DNA from: Amphiscolops sp. MND2022
Lineage: Eukaryota
Length of the DNA stretch: 64,000 nucleotides
Assembly (NCBI GenBank): GCA_964187785.1
Contig: OZ076409.1
Coordinates: 63,304,001 to 63,368,000 of the forward strand
Direction: 5' to 3'
Program-made: the position numbers and the translations under genes
Shown here: positions 45,101 to 57,436 of the stretch, one piece after another
How the letters are laid out: each line of letters opens with the position of its first letter
How positions within the stretch are numbered: the stretch's first letter is position 1
The notes under the pieces: generated by a model
What the model saw: the letters and a program-made list of their open reading frames with translations, nothing else
The model's database searches: none
What the model was told of the DNA's origin: nothing

Positions 45101-48100
45101 GACTTTCAAACTCACGGAAACTCCAAACGACCGAACTGGCGCGCCAGGTGCCCACTAGCGCCCGCTAAAAAGGGGGACCCTTTCGCCTTTTTTTAACATC
45201 GATTTTGCAAAACATCAAAAAACTGAATCTGGGACCCTTTGGTGAAAAAAAAACAATTTTCCGAAAAAAAACTCTCACAATGCCGAAAAAAACTGAAAGG
45301 GCGGACCCTTTAGTCTCAACCGGTATTGTATGTTACGCGGAAAAAGAGTAAATACTTTTTTGGTTCATTTCGCTACGCCAAATGATTCAATTTGGGATCA
45401 TAAAAATTCGTAGAACTTTTAGGAACTATTTTGGTCAGTACGTGCGGATTGAAAAAATTTTTAAAAAGAGTTACTATAATAGTCGTGTTTCACTTCATGA
45501 GGCGCCGACTAAAAATTGAAGGGGGCCCTTTGGGAAACATTTTTATCGAAAAAAGTCTCACAATGCCGAAAAAAACTGAAAGGGGGAACCCGTTGGAACT
45601 TTTCAACATCCTTTCTGTCGCCAAGCATTAAAAAAGTTGAAGGGGGACCCTTTGAGGAAAAAAGCTTTTCGAGAAAAAAGTCTCACAGTGCCGGAAAATC
45701 CTGAAAGGGGGACCTTTTAGTCTTGCCCGGTACTAAATTTTACGCGGAAAATCAGGAAAAAAAGTTTTGATTCAGTTCGCTACACGAAATGGTTCAATTT
45801 GACACCATAATATTTCGCAGAACTTTTGAAGAAATATTTTGGTCAGTTCGTCTGGATTAAAAAAAAGGAGTCACTATAATAGTCGCGTTTCACTTCATGA
45901 ATCGCCGACCAAAAAAGTCAATGTAATAGTCGCGTTTTACTTTATGAAGCGCCGACTAAAAACAAAAAACGGCGTTTTAAAACTTCCCTATTTTTACTAA
46001 TACGTTTACTATGATTTTCTGAAACTCATGCGGAAACTTTAATTCGTCAATATTTCTATGTTGTAATTGCTGCACTTTTATCAACTTGCTTCAAAGATTC
46101 ATTGAAAATTTGGCGGCAATTTTAGGCCACAAAGTTTTGCAGGTTTCGTTATGCATCGTTTCTATTTTTGACTGCAGCTGAAACGTTGTCAATTTTGCCG
46201 CCATTTCAATGCAAATTAACTGTAGTCACGTCATAAGATGCAAACCAGCGTCATCTTCAGCGTGCTACTTGAGAAGCGGTGATAAAGTCGAAGTAGTTGA
46301 GAAATCAAGGTGTGAAAACAACATGAACAAAGTGAAAAGTATTATTAACTTTGATTGCAAATGTGGAAGCTGCAGTGTAATCTTAATGATTTACCACCAG
46401 AAGCTTACTGAACTTTGTTTTATTTTAAAATTTAGTTTAAAATGTTTTATTTTAAAATGGAATATGGCTAGAAAAAGCAATCTATCAGGAGTAATCCACG
46501 ATTATAGGAGTACTACAGCACGACAGGAATCCCCAAAGACGTTCGCAAAAAGTAGATTTCCCAGTGTGAGCTGGATAAAAACTATTCATTGTAAGAGGCT
46601 TGCATGTTTCGCAGAACAGCGCTAACAAAAGTTCGGCAAAATGTTTGTTGACAACGTTCTCAAATTCATTTCGAAGATTGTTTTCAGCTTATCAATTGTT
46701 CGAAATTTCAACTCTTAATTTTAACCAAACTAATGCTTGTACATCAAAAATATGAAATAAATTGCAAGCACCTTTAAATGCGAGGAAATCTAGAAGTTTG
46801 ACACTCACTTCACCTTAATTAAAATAACTGATACTTGAATAGCTATTTTTTAGTCGGCGCTTTTCGAAGAAAAACGCAGACTATAGTAGTGACTTCTTTT
46901 TTAGTCGGCGCTTTTCGAAGAAAAACGCAGACTATAGTAGTGACTTCTTTTTTTAAGACCAACGAACTGACAGATTTTATAAATTTTATAAGTTGGCACT
47001 AACACTAAACCGTGTCACACTACTTCACTGCCACTTGGCCACTACGGCTTTTTCGAGGTCTGACAAGCAGAAGGACATGGGTTCGAGTCCCGCCATGACC
47101 AAAAACTTTTTGTGCAATTTTTTTTCGGCTTTGTGAGACTTTTTTTGCAAATATCTCCAAAGGGTCCACCCTTCATTTTTTTGTCTATTTTGCAAAAAAA
47201 TGGATGTTAAAAAACTCCCAAAGGGCCCCATTTTACATGTTTCGGTATTATGCGACTTACGGGTGACCAAAAAAAATTTTTGAAAAATTTCAAAAAAAAT
47301 CGGAATTTTTTTTCAATTTTTCCTCAAACGGGTACTGTAGAAGAGAAAACTTGACACTTTGAAGTCCTTTTGTTATTTTTGAGCCTTAGATATGGCGCCG
47401 ACTTGGGCCGTTCCCGGCTTGCTGTTATTACTTTTTAATTATCACTCAATTGATTCCCAGAGCGAATACTCAAAGAGGTGTAAAGCATCATCTTCTGTCC
47501 TAATTGAATCATATGAAATTAAATGCATTTGGATATCATTCGTATGTAAATTGTGTTCAATCGAATAGACTGTTAAAAAAACGTCACCGACCTTAATCTA
47601 GGCGTTGGAACAGGTATAGGCTGCCCATCAGCGGCGCTGGGTGTTCCGGTGGATGTGGCACTCAAAGTCTCCTTCTTGATGAGTTCTATCATCTCCTCCA
47701 CTTTGGAGACCAGACTCTGGTTGGCGGAGGAGCCGGCTATCACTGCCTCCGGGAGAGAGGTGCAGCTGCTCAAATTCAAGTCCACGCTCGTGTTGGAGAT
47801 GCACTGATACACCTGTATTGTCAGTTCTGCAAAAACAAGCCTTATTATATATATTTTTTAAAAAGCTCGGAAGATTCCAGATACTCGTAGATTATGTCTT
47901 CGGTGATGTAGCGACTACTTCTAACTAAATGTCAGATAGTCAACACTAGGAGCCCCAGTTAAGCTACACAGCCCTATCTGATAATTTCTCAAGCTTAATC
48001 TGTAATCAGCTTTTGCGGTCAGCGGTGTCGACCATTCCCATTTTGCCGCGACTAATTCGAAGTGTTGTTAATGTAAGTTTTCTTCAAATGACTTGAACGT

Positions 48101-50261
48101 TGTTTTGGCCAGAAAGTCTATAAAGCCAAAACTTTTCCTTAACTGAAACGCATCCAAAATTTTGTTTCATCAACACTTACACTAGGCAGTAGTAGTCAGG
48201 CGAACCAGCAAGTTGAAAATATATATCCTCATTCAAACCAGCATTCAAAAATCAACAAATTGAGAAACAATGATTTTTTTGTTCAAAGACATCTGAGAAG
48301 CAAAGTCTTTGAAGACCTAATTGTTGCCGAGACAGTTCGTTTAGAGCTTTGGTGAACTGCTCCATGCTTTTGAAGAGCAAAAATAAGCAGCTGGATTATA
48401 TCTTATCAAATTACCAGGTATGCCACAAAAAATCATGTTTTTGACTAATATTCAACGTTGCTCTGACCGAAACACCTTATGAAGCGACAAAACTTTTCCA
48501 ATAAACTTCTCGGAGAAAATGTAGCCAAATGCCCTGCCAATTTTACCACGCAAAAACTGAACCACTATCTAGAAAAGTTTCTGAGAATATGGCCTTCAAA
48601 GAAAACGTTTCGCCACATGTTGCGAATAAAGCAAAGAAAAGGAACAAAAACACAAATGTGTACCAATAAGACATTTGGCTTTGCTAGAGCTTAAAAAATG
48701 GCAAAAAAACAACAAAATTGCGTTTTACTTTATTGAGCGCCAACAAGAATTACTTGACCTTGGTCAATTGAGGGTGTTGACGGCGTAGATGGAAGAGAGG
48801 AAGAACCACTTTTGGCAGCATCCAGAAACGTCACCTTGGCAATCTGAGGTCTGCCCATAAATGACCCAGTGATACGGAAGTGGCTGAACGAATCCCAGGT
48901 TGGAGTCAGAATGACCTCTCCTATCAACTTTTCCACGGTAACCATCGGTGAGTTCTTCGAAGAAGAAGTCTCTAGTGTAGGAGACGAGTTGTCATCAAAC
49001 GCCAATTCGAAGAGTAGTTTTTTGGCTTCAAAGTGACCGACGATGCAAGTTATTCCTGAATACAAACGAATTTTGTTTACATCAGGGACCTAAGTAGAAT
49101 CAGGAAAAGCCTGAAGTTTTTCAGATCGACAACCGAAGATGTCAAACAGATATTTTTCGGTATTGAATAATACTTTTTAAGTAATGCAAAAAACAATGAA
49201 TGGTTTGTGGCTGCAATTAAGCCAGAACTTAGCTCCCTAGTTGGAAATTCTTGAATTTTTAGATGCTTTAAAATAACACCAATAAATCTTAGACAATCTT
49301 ACATGCTCAGAGTTCGTGTTTTTTAAAATAAAATTCACTCCTTCTAGGATTTTCATTTATTTTGACATATTTTCAAATAATTTTGGCAGTTCCAGAGTCC
49401 AGCATCAAAGAACTGTAAAAGAGTAAAAGCTCAGTATTTGTGGAACGTTTTAAAACTACATTGGGTGAAACTGAGCACGGCGAAAAACAATGGATTGACT
49501 ACCGCTTTAAGTAACCAAATATGACATGAGCAAGTTTGATAATTTGACATTGACTTATAATTTAAATATTATACTAGTTATCTTACACTACTTCTGGGAT
49601 ATAATTATGATATTAATACTTCTATGATGTCATGGTTCATATATCCCATCGAGAATATAGTGTTTTTTTAAGAACCTTTGCAATTTTTGTAGGCACAATG
49701 CAAGGGACTATGTATTTAAAACCAATGACATGACATTCACAAAAGTGAGTTTTTTCCAATAGAAATATTCTACCATTAGGTGCCACTTCAGCTCTGAGTT
49801 TCGTCAACTTCGGCGTCCTTGATTTCTCGTTCACGCTTTTAAACACAAAAGACCTCGAGTTCTTCTTGCTCCCAGAAATGGCGCTGATTTTCTTGGCCTG
49901 CTCGTTCAAGCCTGCAATCCAATCTTTCGCAATGATTCCACTTTTGTTCTTATGAGGTCCAGAGAAGGCGAATTTGAGCAAGTTATAAACCCATTTCTCT
50001 ACACTGCGCAACGCTTCTTCGTGGGGTATGTTAACTTCCACAATGGCTGTTGCCGCAACATTTGCGAGTTTTTCGGAGTCACATAGGCTGGCAGAAATGC
50101 TAGGACTTCTTTGGAAAGAGCTCTCGCTGACAGGAGTTGCAGCCACGTCTTGAGTAGTTTTTGAAGCCAAAATTTTTTCATCCTGAACTTCAAGCCTGAA
50201 TCTCCCAAATGCAGCGCTGCTGAGTTTCGGTTTTCGAGGTTCTAGATGAATTTTGTAGTAC
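36174..50261 (-). CDS. Host multi-exon gene, C2CD2/C2CD2L (TMEM24)-like C2-domain protein (partial)
   Basis: Phase-compatible exons ~50261-49774, 49055-~48754, ~47826-47592, 38553-38483, 37951-37828, 37460-37298, 37021-36811, 36330-36174. C2 motifs RRLLVKVIKANML, CNPYCMLESD..QKHRT...EPFWDEHFLFD, VTVYDRD, LGQCKVDL, GTVTLELMF; upstream WIAGLNEQAKK. Candidate hydrophobic micro-exon 51543-51511. The exon 2/3 boundary is uncertain and the start and stop were not found. Confidence 0.72.
38962..43463 (+). mobile_element. Decayed, 3'-truncated Ty3/Gypsy element, Mag-like, inside a host intron
   Basis: Short LTR 38962-39201 (TGTT...AACA). PBS-like TGGCACAGTCAG (tRNA-Ser-like). Tandem knuckles CRFCG..H.CPA/CNKCG..HYAKVC. 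RT (WLDD), RNase H (TDAS) and integrase (IDFTG, SDRG) fragments with many stops and frameshifts. Confidence 0.88.
43999..44481 (-). mobile_element. HINE-like short repeat, family A
   Basis: AACAAAACGGGAAC...GCTATATCTAAGG start and GCGCCGACTAAAAAA end. Confidence 0.6.
44998..45962 (-). mobile_element. HINE-like repeat, family A, with internal tandem duplication
   Basis: ACAAGCCGGGAAC...GGCGCCATATCTAAGG start. Reiterated AAAGGGGGACCC and CGCCGACTAAAAA modules. Confidence 0.65.
46846..47425 (+). mobile_element. HINE-like short repeat, family A, with duplicated 5' end and tRNA-like segment
   Basis: Subterminal inverted AGTCGGCGC (46852-46860) / GCGCCGACT (47395-47403). 5' module present twice in tandem. 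B-box GGTTCGAGTCC at 47080-47090. Confidence 0.65.
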
Positions 50262-51204
50262 CTGCGAACAATTTGAGAAAAAAAACTTGAAGAATTTGAT
50301 GAATTTGAGAAGAAAAGTTGAAAACTACTTTTGAAAATGTTTTTGAATCAAACAGTTACAAGTGTGAACGATAACCAAGTTTTCGCATATTCGTACATCG
50401 TGTCTATTGGAAACTTTAATGCCAATTCCGGAATTGATAGAAGAAACTTCTCAATTAAAAATGCTTCAACCATTCTTTTTCATTTTCTCCAGGAAATTTC
50501 TTCCTACAAGTGGTTTCCATAGTCGAAGTTGCCGCGAAGTTTTACAGGCACCTTCAAAAATGCCGGCTAATTTTTATAAAACATGGAAAATTCAGCGACC
50601 CTGCATTGAAACATTTTATAGGATTAAAATGCAGTTTCCACTATTTCAATTAAAACTGAAAACAAATCCACTTCTTCACCAATGCGATCATTTTGTTTTC
50701 ACGCGTAAGTTTCTCAAGCAACTACCTTATGAAATCACCGTTAGTCAAATAGCAGGCTGAATATGACACTACTTTGAAACTTATAATGTGACTGAAAATT
50801 ATTTGCAATGAAACGCGGTAAAATTGATGAAGGTCTCAGCTGTTTTCAAAATTAGAACAGCGTCTTGATGAAATCTGCAAAACTTCGCGGCTCGGAATTG
50901 CCGCCAAATTTAGGATGGATTTTATAGGCAGCTTGATAAACTTAAATTGCATCAGCGAAGTTTTAATGCATGGACGTTTCCTTGAAAATTTTATAAAATC
51001 ATGAAAAATTAGCTTGGTAGCCTACAAAAACTTGTAAAAAGTTCAAGCAGTTCCAACCAGGGTATTCAAGTTCAAGTATTCCAACCAACGAGGAACTATA
51101 TCAGTGGTTGCTCTATTCCGTAATCCGTAATGAGGTTTCATCAAAAAAGTAACTCTGCATCAGCGACGGCCAATGTATAGGATCCATTTAATACCCATTT
51201 AAGG

Positions 51205-51410
51205 GATCCGTCAAGTTTCACCTTATTCAAACAATTGAAACCCATTAAAAGAATCCATTTCCCTTAATTGAACATATATGTTCAATTAAAGGAAATGGAT
51301 TCTTTTGATGGGTTTCAATCGTTTGAATCAGGTGAAATTTGACAGATCTGTATTAAAAATTGAAATACCACACTATATAATCTTGGATTTCAAACTTTAA
51401 TACAGATCTG
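51205..51410. repeat. Two abutting inverted repeats (144-bp palindrome plus 68-bp hairpin)
   Basis: Spacerless palindrome 51205-51348 centred on AACATA|TATGTT with a few mismatches. Second IR CAGATCTGTATTAAA...TTTAATACAGATCTG at 51343-51410. Confidence 0.9.
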
Positions 51411-52826
51411 CTGCAAAAGTCAACATTTTATGAAATTTTTCAAACAGCAACCATTTTAAATCTATTTGGTGCGTGCAGAATAAGCTTAACGTGTGATGAA
51501 TAGAACTCACTCATGAACGACAAAACAACAAAACATCAGAAAACTGAAATAGGATTACACTTGAAAAATTTAGAAAAATGAAAGAATGTCGCATTGTTTT
51601 ATAAAATGAAAAAGGCCATTTTTGTCTCATCCGTATTTGTAATTTCAGTAAAATCATTGACAAATAGGCCCCTGTGGGGCACAATAACACTTCTGCTCTG
51701 GACTTTCATGTTCAATATTAGAAGCTATCTGGAATAACTATACATTCCTGTCTAATCATTATATTGCGCACAATTGTTCACAGTACCAATTTACACTGCC
51801 GTTAATTTTTCTCCGATTAAAGAAAACATAACTATTAAGCGTATACGAAGTTTCAAATTCGCATTGGATAGCAGGTGAAGCTCTCGGAAAACGAATTTTC
51901 AACATTCAACCGCTTCATCTCAATGAATTCGGCGTGCGAATGCAAAATTAACACTCTCTCGCTCACGCTCTCTAAGCTTTCAATATTTTATAGATAAAAA
52001 GCCGAAATTACAAGAAGCCTGAAAAAAGTGTACCACTCCCTGCGGGGTTCGGAATCTGATAATGAAACAAGTTGGTGCCCTGCGTAAAACTCGAAAACCA
52101 CATCTCAATAAAACACTTGAAACGGCAAGTAATACAAAAGGGACATTTTGATTTTTTTTTTGCTGTAACGCAAAAAATACTGTAAAAACTATTTGATATC
52201 TAAAAAATATCACAGGCATTCCAAAAAAATCACAACTGGAAGGAAGAAAGAGCAAACTTGCAGGATGGATAAGAGCTTCAACAATGAGAAATATTATCAA
52301 ACTCGATCCAACACGGAAGCTTAAAATAGGAAAGAGTTTGTAGAAGAATGGAATGATGACCTAGGCGGCGCCGATAAACAAACAACTCTCACGAGACTTC
52401 AAAACTCCTACGCAGCAACCGTTACTTCCCCCAGCATGCATTAAATATCGATTTTCCAATCCCTAACACATTTTATGAATCGAAAAATTTTGAAAAGCGA
52501 ATAATAGAGTTCTTGGAGCACAAAGACTTCGAGTGTTTTCCAATTCGATCGCAAAACGACTCAATGAGATCTTGCATTTTCGTACATATTCCAGTTCACT
52601 CTTGAAAGTTTTGATAAGATTTTGTTCATTATTATTCATAAAAACCTCTTTAAATATTCACTAAGAATCGTCGTAGGAGTCAGATAAAGAGTCGCGAAAA
52701 ATTTAAGGACTCTGCAAACAGTTGTTATTCTTTACGATCATTTTGTCACTGTTCGCACTACCAGTAACGTCGTTCTATGAAGTTTTGATTGAAGGACAAA
52801 AATTTATTAAATTCAGGATGTGAGAG

Positions 52827-54064
52827 TGTCACAGGCGGCCGGCTGTGATGGTAACGTTTATGCAGTTTCCAATGGGGGCGATAGTGAGGAATGCGACACT
52901 CCAACTTACCTCTCCTCTGAAAATACCACGAACTACAAACTGTGGAGTTTATTAGTTCTAACACAGTCATGTAGCATTTTATTTTGCCATAAACTTACAT
53001 TGTAATCATGCAACCTTGGTTAAGGTAAACTATGCAATGTGTCAATTTGCGTGTCCTTATGACACCACAAACATATTCAACATGTTTGCCGGAGCAATAC
53101 GCTCATTGGTAGTCAAGAACATGAAATAACCTAAAAGTCATGCCTCTGATAATAAAATAATCAATAGTGCAGTTATATAGTGGGGCGCTTGATAAACAAG
53201 TTGATCCTCTTTATAGACGACACTTCGGTGCGGTGTCTTTTGATGTCAAAGTGACAAACATCGGCAAGTATAGACCGTCCCCTCCCTTCTCTTTGATGAT
53301 GCTATAAATAGAGATGACCACAAGTGACGTTATTGAACTGTGCTTTTTTTGTACCATGAAATTAATAAAATCGAAAGTCGTGCAATTGAGGATATATATG
53401 GTGCCACCCTAAAAAGGGGAGACAATAAATTGAAGAGTGAATAAAACGAACATTGTTAAAATACTCCAACATTTGGAATTACTCTAGCTGTTATTTTAAA
53501 ATACCAGTTACTGAATTTTCCCTGAGAATGCCCTCAACAAGGAGCAAGAAAGCGAAAAGCTAGAAGATCTAAAGAAGCTGACAAAATGTCGGACTTGGAA
53601 AACCTGGACGTCATGATAGGGAGCAGTGAGTACACTCAAATTGAAATAGATCAAATGACAGGGTTTTCAAACATGTTAGACAGGGATGATAATGAAGGTA
53701 CCGGGTCTATGAGAGGAAATTCATCCCAAGAGACCAAGATTAGAAATATGTCAGCCAATAGGAATAATACAGACTTTTCAAGAAATATAGAAAGTTTGAC
53801 AGGTGAAATGAACTTGAGTAACTCACAAGAGATGAACAGTTTGATAAACGGGGTGAATTCACAAATTGAGAGTGCAATTAATACTGCAATATCTGAAAGA
53901 ATTCTCCCAAGGATGCAGGATGTTTTTGAGACCACGGTAGCAAGGCAGTTGGGGAATGTCCCCAGATTGTCTAGGAGACCTCATAATTGAGAGAATGATG
54001 TGCGCGAATAGGAACTTTCAATCGCACCAAAATTTGTTAGAACCTGAGGAGGAGAGTCCCAATA
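52827..54064 (+). mobile_element. Old solo LTR distantly related to elements 1 and 2
   Basis: Starts TGTCACAGGCGGCCGGCTGTGATGG. Holds a frameshifted ORF MPSTRSKKAK...MSDLENLDVMIG...ISERILP, homologous to the Gag N-terminus. Flanked by GAGAG at 52822-52826 and 54065-54069. The 3' terminus is decayed. Confidence 0.75.
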
Positions 54065-57000
54065 GAGAGCTTGGTTGGTAGCTTGAAAGGTTTTGGCATA
54101 TTTGATAAATAGATATGCTGATTAGGAACATTTTTTGCGGCACTTTACTTAGACTTTTCGGCGCCACTTGTTGGCACGAAATCCCTTTTTTCTACTTTTT
54201 TTGGCAATTTGGCGAAAAACAAGTAACAAGTCATAAGTTTGCAATTGAAAATCGCAAATTCGCAATGTATTTTACAAACAAAAGTTTGTTCAGAGTGTTT
54301 TCCGTCATGTTAGGCCGATCAGCCACGAATGCGTTCAGGAAAGAATAAAATGTTCAACGTTTACATTTAAGTGATGTGCACCTCGCAAAGTCGTAAATAT
54401 CTATCTGCGAAGGGTCTGAAATACCTTCCCCTCGCTAGAGCACCCATATTTCGCAATGCAGTTTTTTTTCAGAAACTTGAGAATGTTTTCTCAGTGCAGC
54501 AGAAACAGCAAGATTATTTGTTTCGGAGAAGTCATCCGGTTTCGAGAAAATTCTATCCAAAACTTTAACGGTATTGGTGTCAATGAAAGCCGAATTTTCG
54601 CTTCAGGTGATATTTTCACCAAAGAAACGGAGAGCTGCTGTGAATCCAATTTCCTTAACCACCAGGGAACATTGCATTTTCTTTAGAAGTTTTTTGCTTC
54701 CTCATTGTCTCGGTTGTCATCTTTTTCATCGAAGAACTGCATTAATTGCTTTCAATTATCAGAGATGATGAACCACACTGAGACGAGCCACGTCCCCCAT
54801 CTTGTCTCAACGGGAATAGGGTACTTCATTTTTTCCCGCCAAGATTTGCTAAGTCATTCGCGCGTCTAGGAGATTCTTCGAAGACGTTTGTGTAAAGTTG
54901 AACAAATTTTTTTGCCTCCGGGACTCCATCACACAGTCGGGAAGATTACCTTTTTGTAATTTCGATACGAAATGGAGGAAGTGATTTATCGCTGTCCATT
55001 TTCCCGACGATAAGAAATGCATAGTACTTTTCACTGTGCTAGTCTGCTTCGTTAAATATAATGCAGAAAGCCGGAAATTCATGCAGAATTTCAATAAGTT
55101 TTAAACTGTGTTACATCCTGAACTCAAATATCAAATAAGTTTTCGTCGTTTTTGGAATTTCTCGGCTGTGCCGAAAATTAATGTTCCTAACGCTGATCTA
55201 TGCTCCAGAAATGCAAAATATCGAGGAGCTGGACTTCGGTAAAAGACTGCAGTGCTGAAATAAACCTAAAAGGGGAACTCTTTAGTCTTCCGGCTAATTT
55301 GGGAATAATAAAAAATGTTTTGTGTGGGACTCGAACTCACCTACTCCTGCTTCTCAGACCCTCACTTGGCTACAGCCACGCTCTCATTCACTATGCCAAG
55401 TGGTCGTATCGGTCTCAACTTGAAATTTATGAAAATTTATGAAAGTGGACGTAACAGGGTGTCTGAAGATAAAAACTTGCCACTGTAAGAGTCTTGCCAT
55501 TTCACTACTAAAATCTGCCAACTAAAAATAGCTGTTTTTATGCCAAACGTAGGGGGTGCAACTTATGTGCCGATCGTCTTGTAGATATACGGTATGTTAC
55601 TGTTTGAAGTATTTGGAACCACTGGAACCGTGGAATCGGGCAATTATCACTGGTGCATCTTATTATGTACTATCCAACGTTTTCGATTGAGCATCAAAAA
55701 ATTTGTTTCGTAAAGGCATGGCAATGTACGCTAACCTGTAAACACTAAGGAAAGGAATCTCGGATATTTTGATGAGATACTGAGCAAACGCCAGGTAAAT
55801 CAGCAAACTAATCAAAACTAAATCTAAAACGTCGATATTAAGTTTGCGCAAAATGAGAATGGTTCTGAAGAAAGGGTGGTTGAAATGTGCGTATCGCGGG
55901 CATGTCTCTATATCGAAGTTTCTAGAACAATATTCTTCGTGAGAAACCTCGCGATCCACCTGAAGTAACTCTTGAATAAGAGGATCGTCTGTTATTGCTA
56001 ATTCTTCATCCATCTCAACTCCGTTTCCTGATTAAAAAAACTCTCAAGGACCGAATGGTAAGTCTTTGATGTTCGAGACAAATGCTTGAGGAAGGTTTCA
56101 CAGGCAAATAGATTTCAGTTCCTTTTTTTCTGGGAATGTATTCTATGCTCCGAGAACTTCAGAGTTCGCTTATGCATGAAATTCAAACAAATTGACTCCC
56201 ATGTGAGCTGTAAAACGTGAAACCAAACCAAGCGCTGACCAAATTTCACACAAGTAGATTCAACTTCGCCTGATTTGCTGTTCTTTCACGCTGACGTGAC
56301 TTTAACAGCCAAAACCGGAATCTACGTAACGCAACAGAACATTCAAAGGAAACAGCCAATGGTTCCAGAGATAACACCACACCAGAGTAACAGACTATCG
56401 TTGCTGGAATGTGCTGGAGTATGCCAGAAATAATATTGCGCAAATCCAAGCTAAGCCAGACATTATTCCATGTTGGCGAGATTGTTCTGCTCATTCAAAA
56501 ATACCAATGCTTTTCCAAATACGCCTGTAGGCCTAGAGCAATTTTGGGAAACGTCGTTTTTGTTTGTTTTCACAATACATATTAAGGTTGTTTTTGCTTA
56601 ATCTGAGAACGTCTATGAAATTTTGAAACAAAAGGTTAATTTGAAGTTTTCTCGACCGACTTTGAGTGAATTTTGCACTAAACAGCTTTTCTACTTTCCC
56701 GATATTTGATCGATGACGGCCCAGAGTCTGAATTCGGTGAAACATGGCTCTAAATTTTTGAGGAAAAGTATGACCTAATTGAAGAAGGGCAAACGCCGGT
56801 AAAAGGTAGCACCGAAACATGGTCCCGAGGCAGACATTTTAAATCTGGACAGCAATTCTTTGAAAAATGCTATTTTCGACAATTTTTAAAATATTTGGCC
56901 CGTGAACTATATCTAATACCATTTTCGACAACTTCAAAAATGGGAAAACAAACTTACCATTTTCATTGTTTGCGAACATTCAACATCAAGAAAAAAAAAG

Positions 57001-57436
57001 GAAGAATGAAATTCTCCGAGTATGATTCAACACTATTCCAGCAAAGTAGAATATTCGACACAAAACGTACTAGTAACGCATCAACGGATCTGCTTTTCAA
57101 CCAGAACCTGGCAATATAAAAAAGAAAGAGAACAAGTTTAAAATATATCAATGGCGACAACAAAATTCCATTGTGATAGACGAATATTTAGAAAAAATTT
57201 TTGCTATGAAATCAAAAAAAAATATCATGACCAGTAGTTGCATTCACCGACGCATAGCTCGTTGAAACCAACTCCAAAAGGGCAAACAAATGGATCTCGT
57301 AGGCATTTTGATTGTTTTTAAAACCCCTCGGCCGACAATTTTTTTAACCAATATCCAGATATAAGGGTTGAAAATTGAGATTATCTTCAAAACTAACACC
57401 CACTGTCACAATTTTTCCAAAACAACGAATATTGAA

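Noticed and set aside
47055..47101. Functional tRNA gene
   Set aside because: No convincing A-box, D-arm or acceptor stem; embedded in a dispersed repeat.
55550..56500. Possible Tigger/pogo remnant (TIR-like ...ATATACGGTA, acidic ORF 55663-56013)
   Set aside because: Too degenerate, no DDE motif recognised, and the orientation of the end and the ORF is inconsistent.
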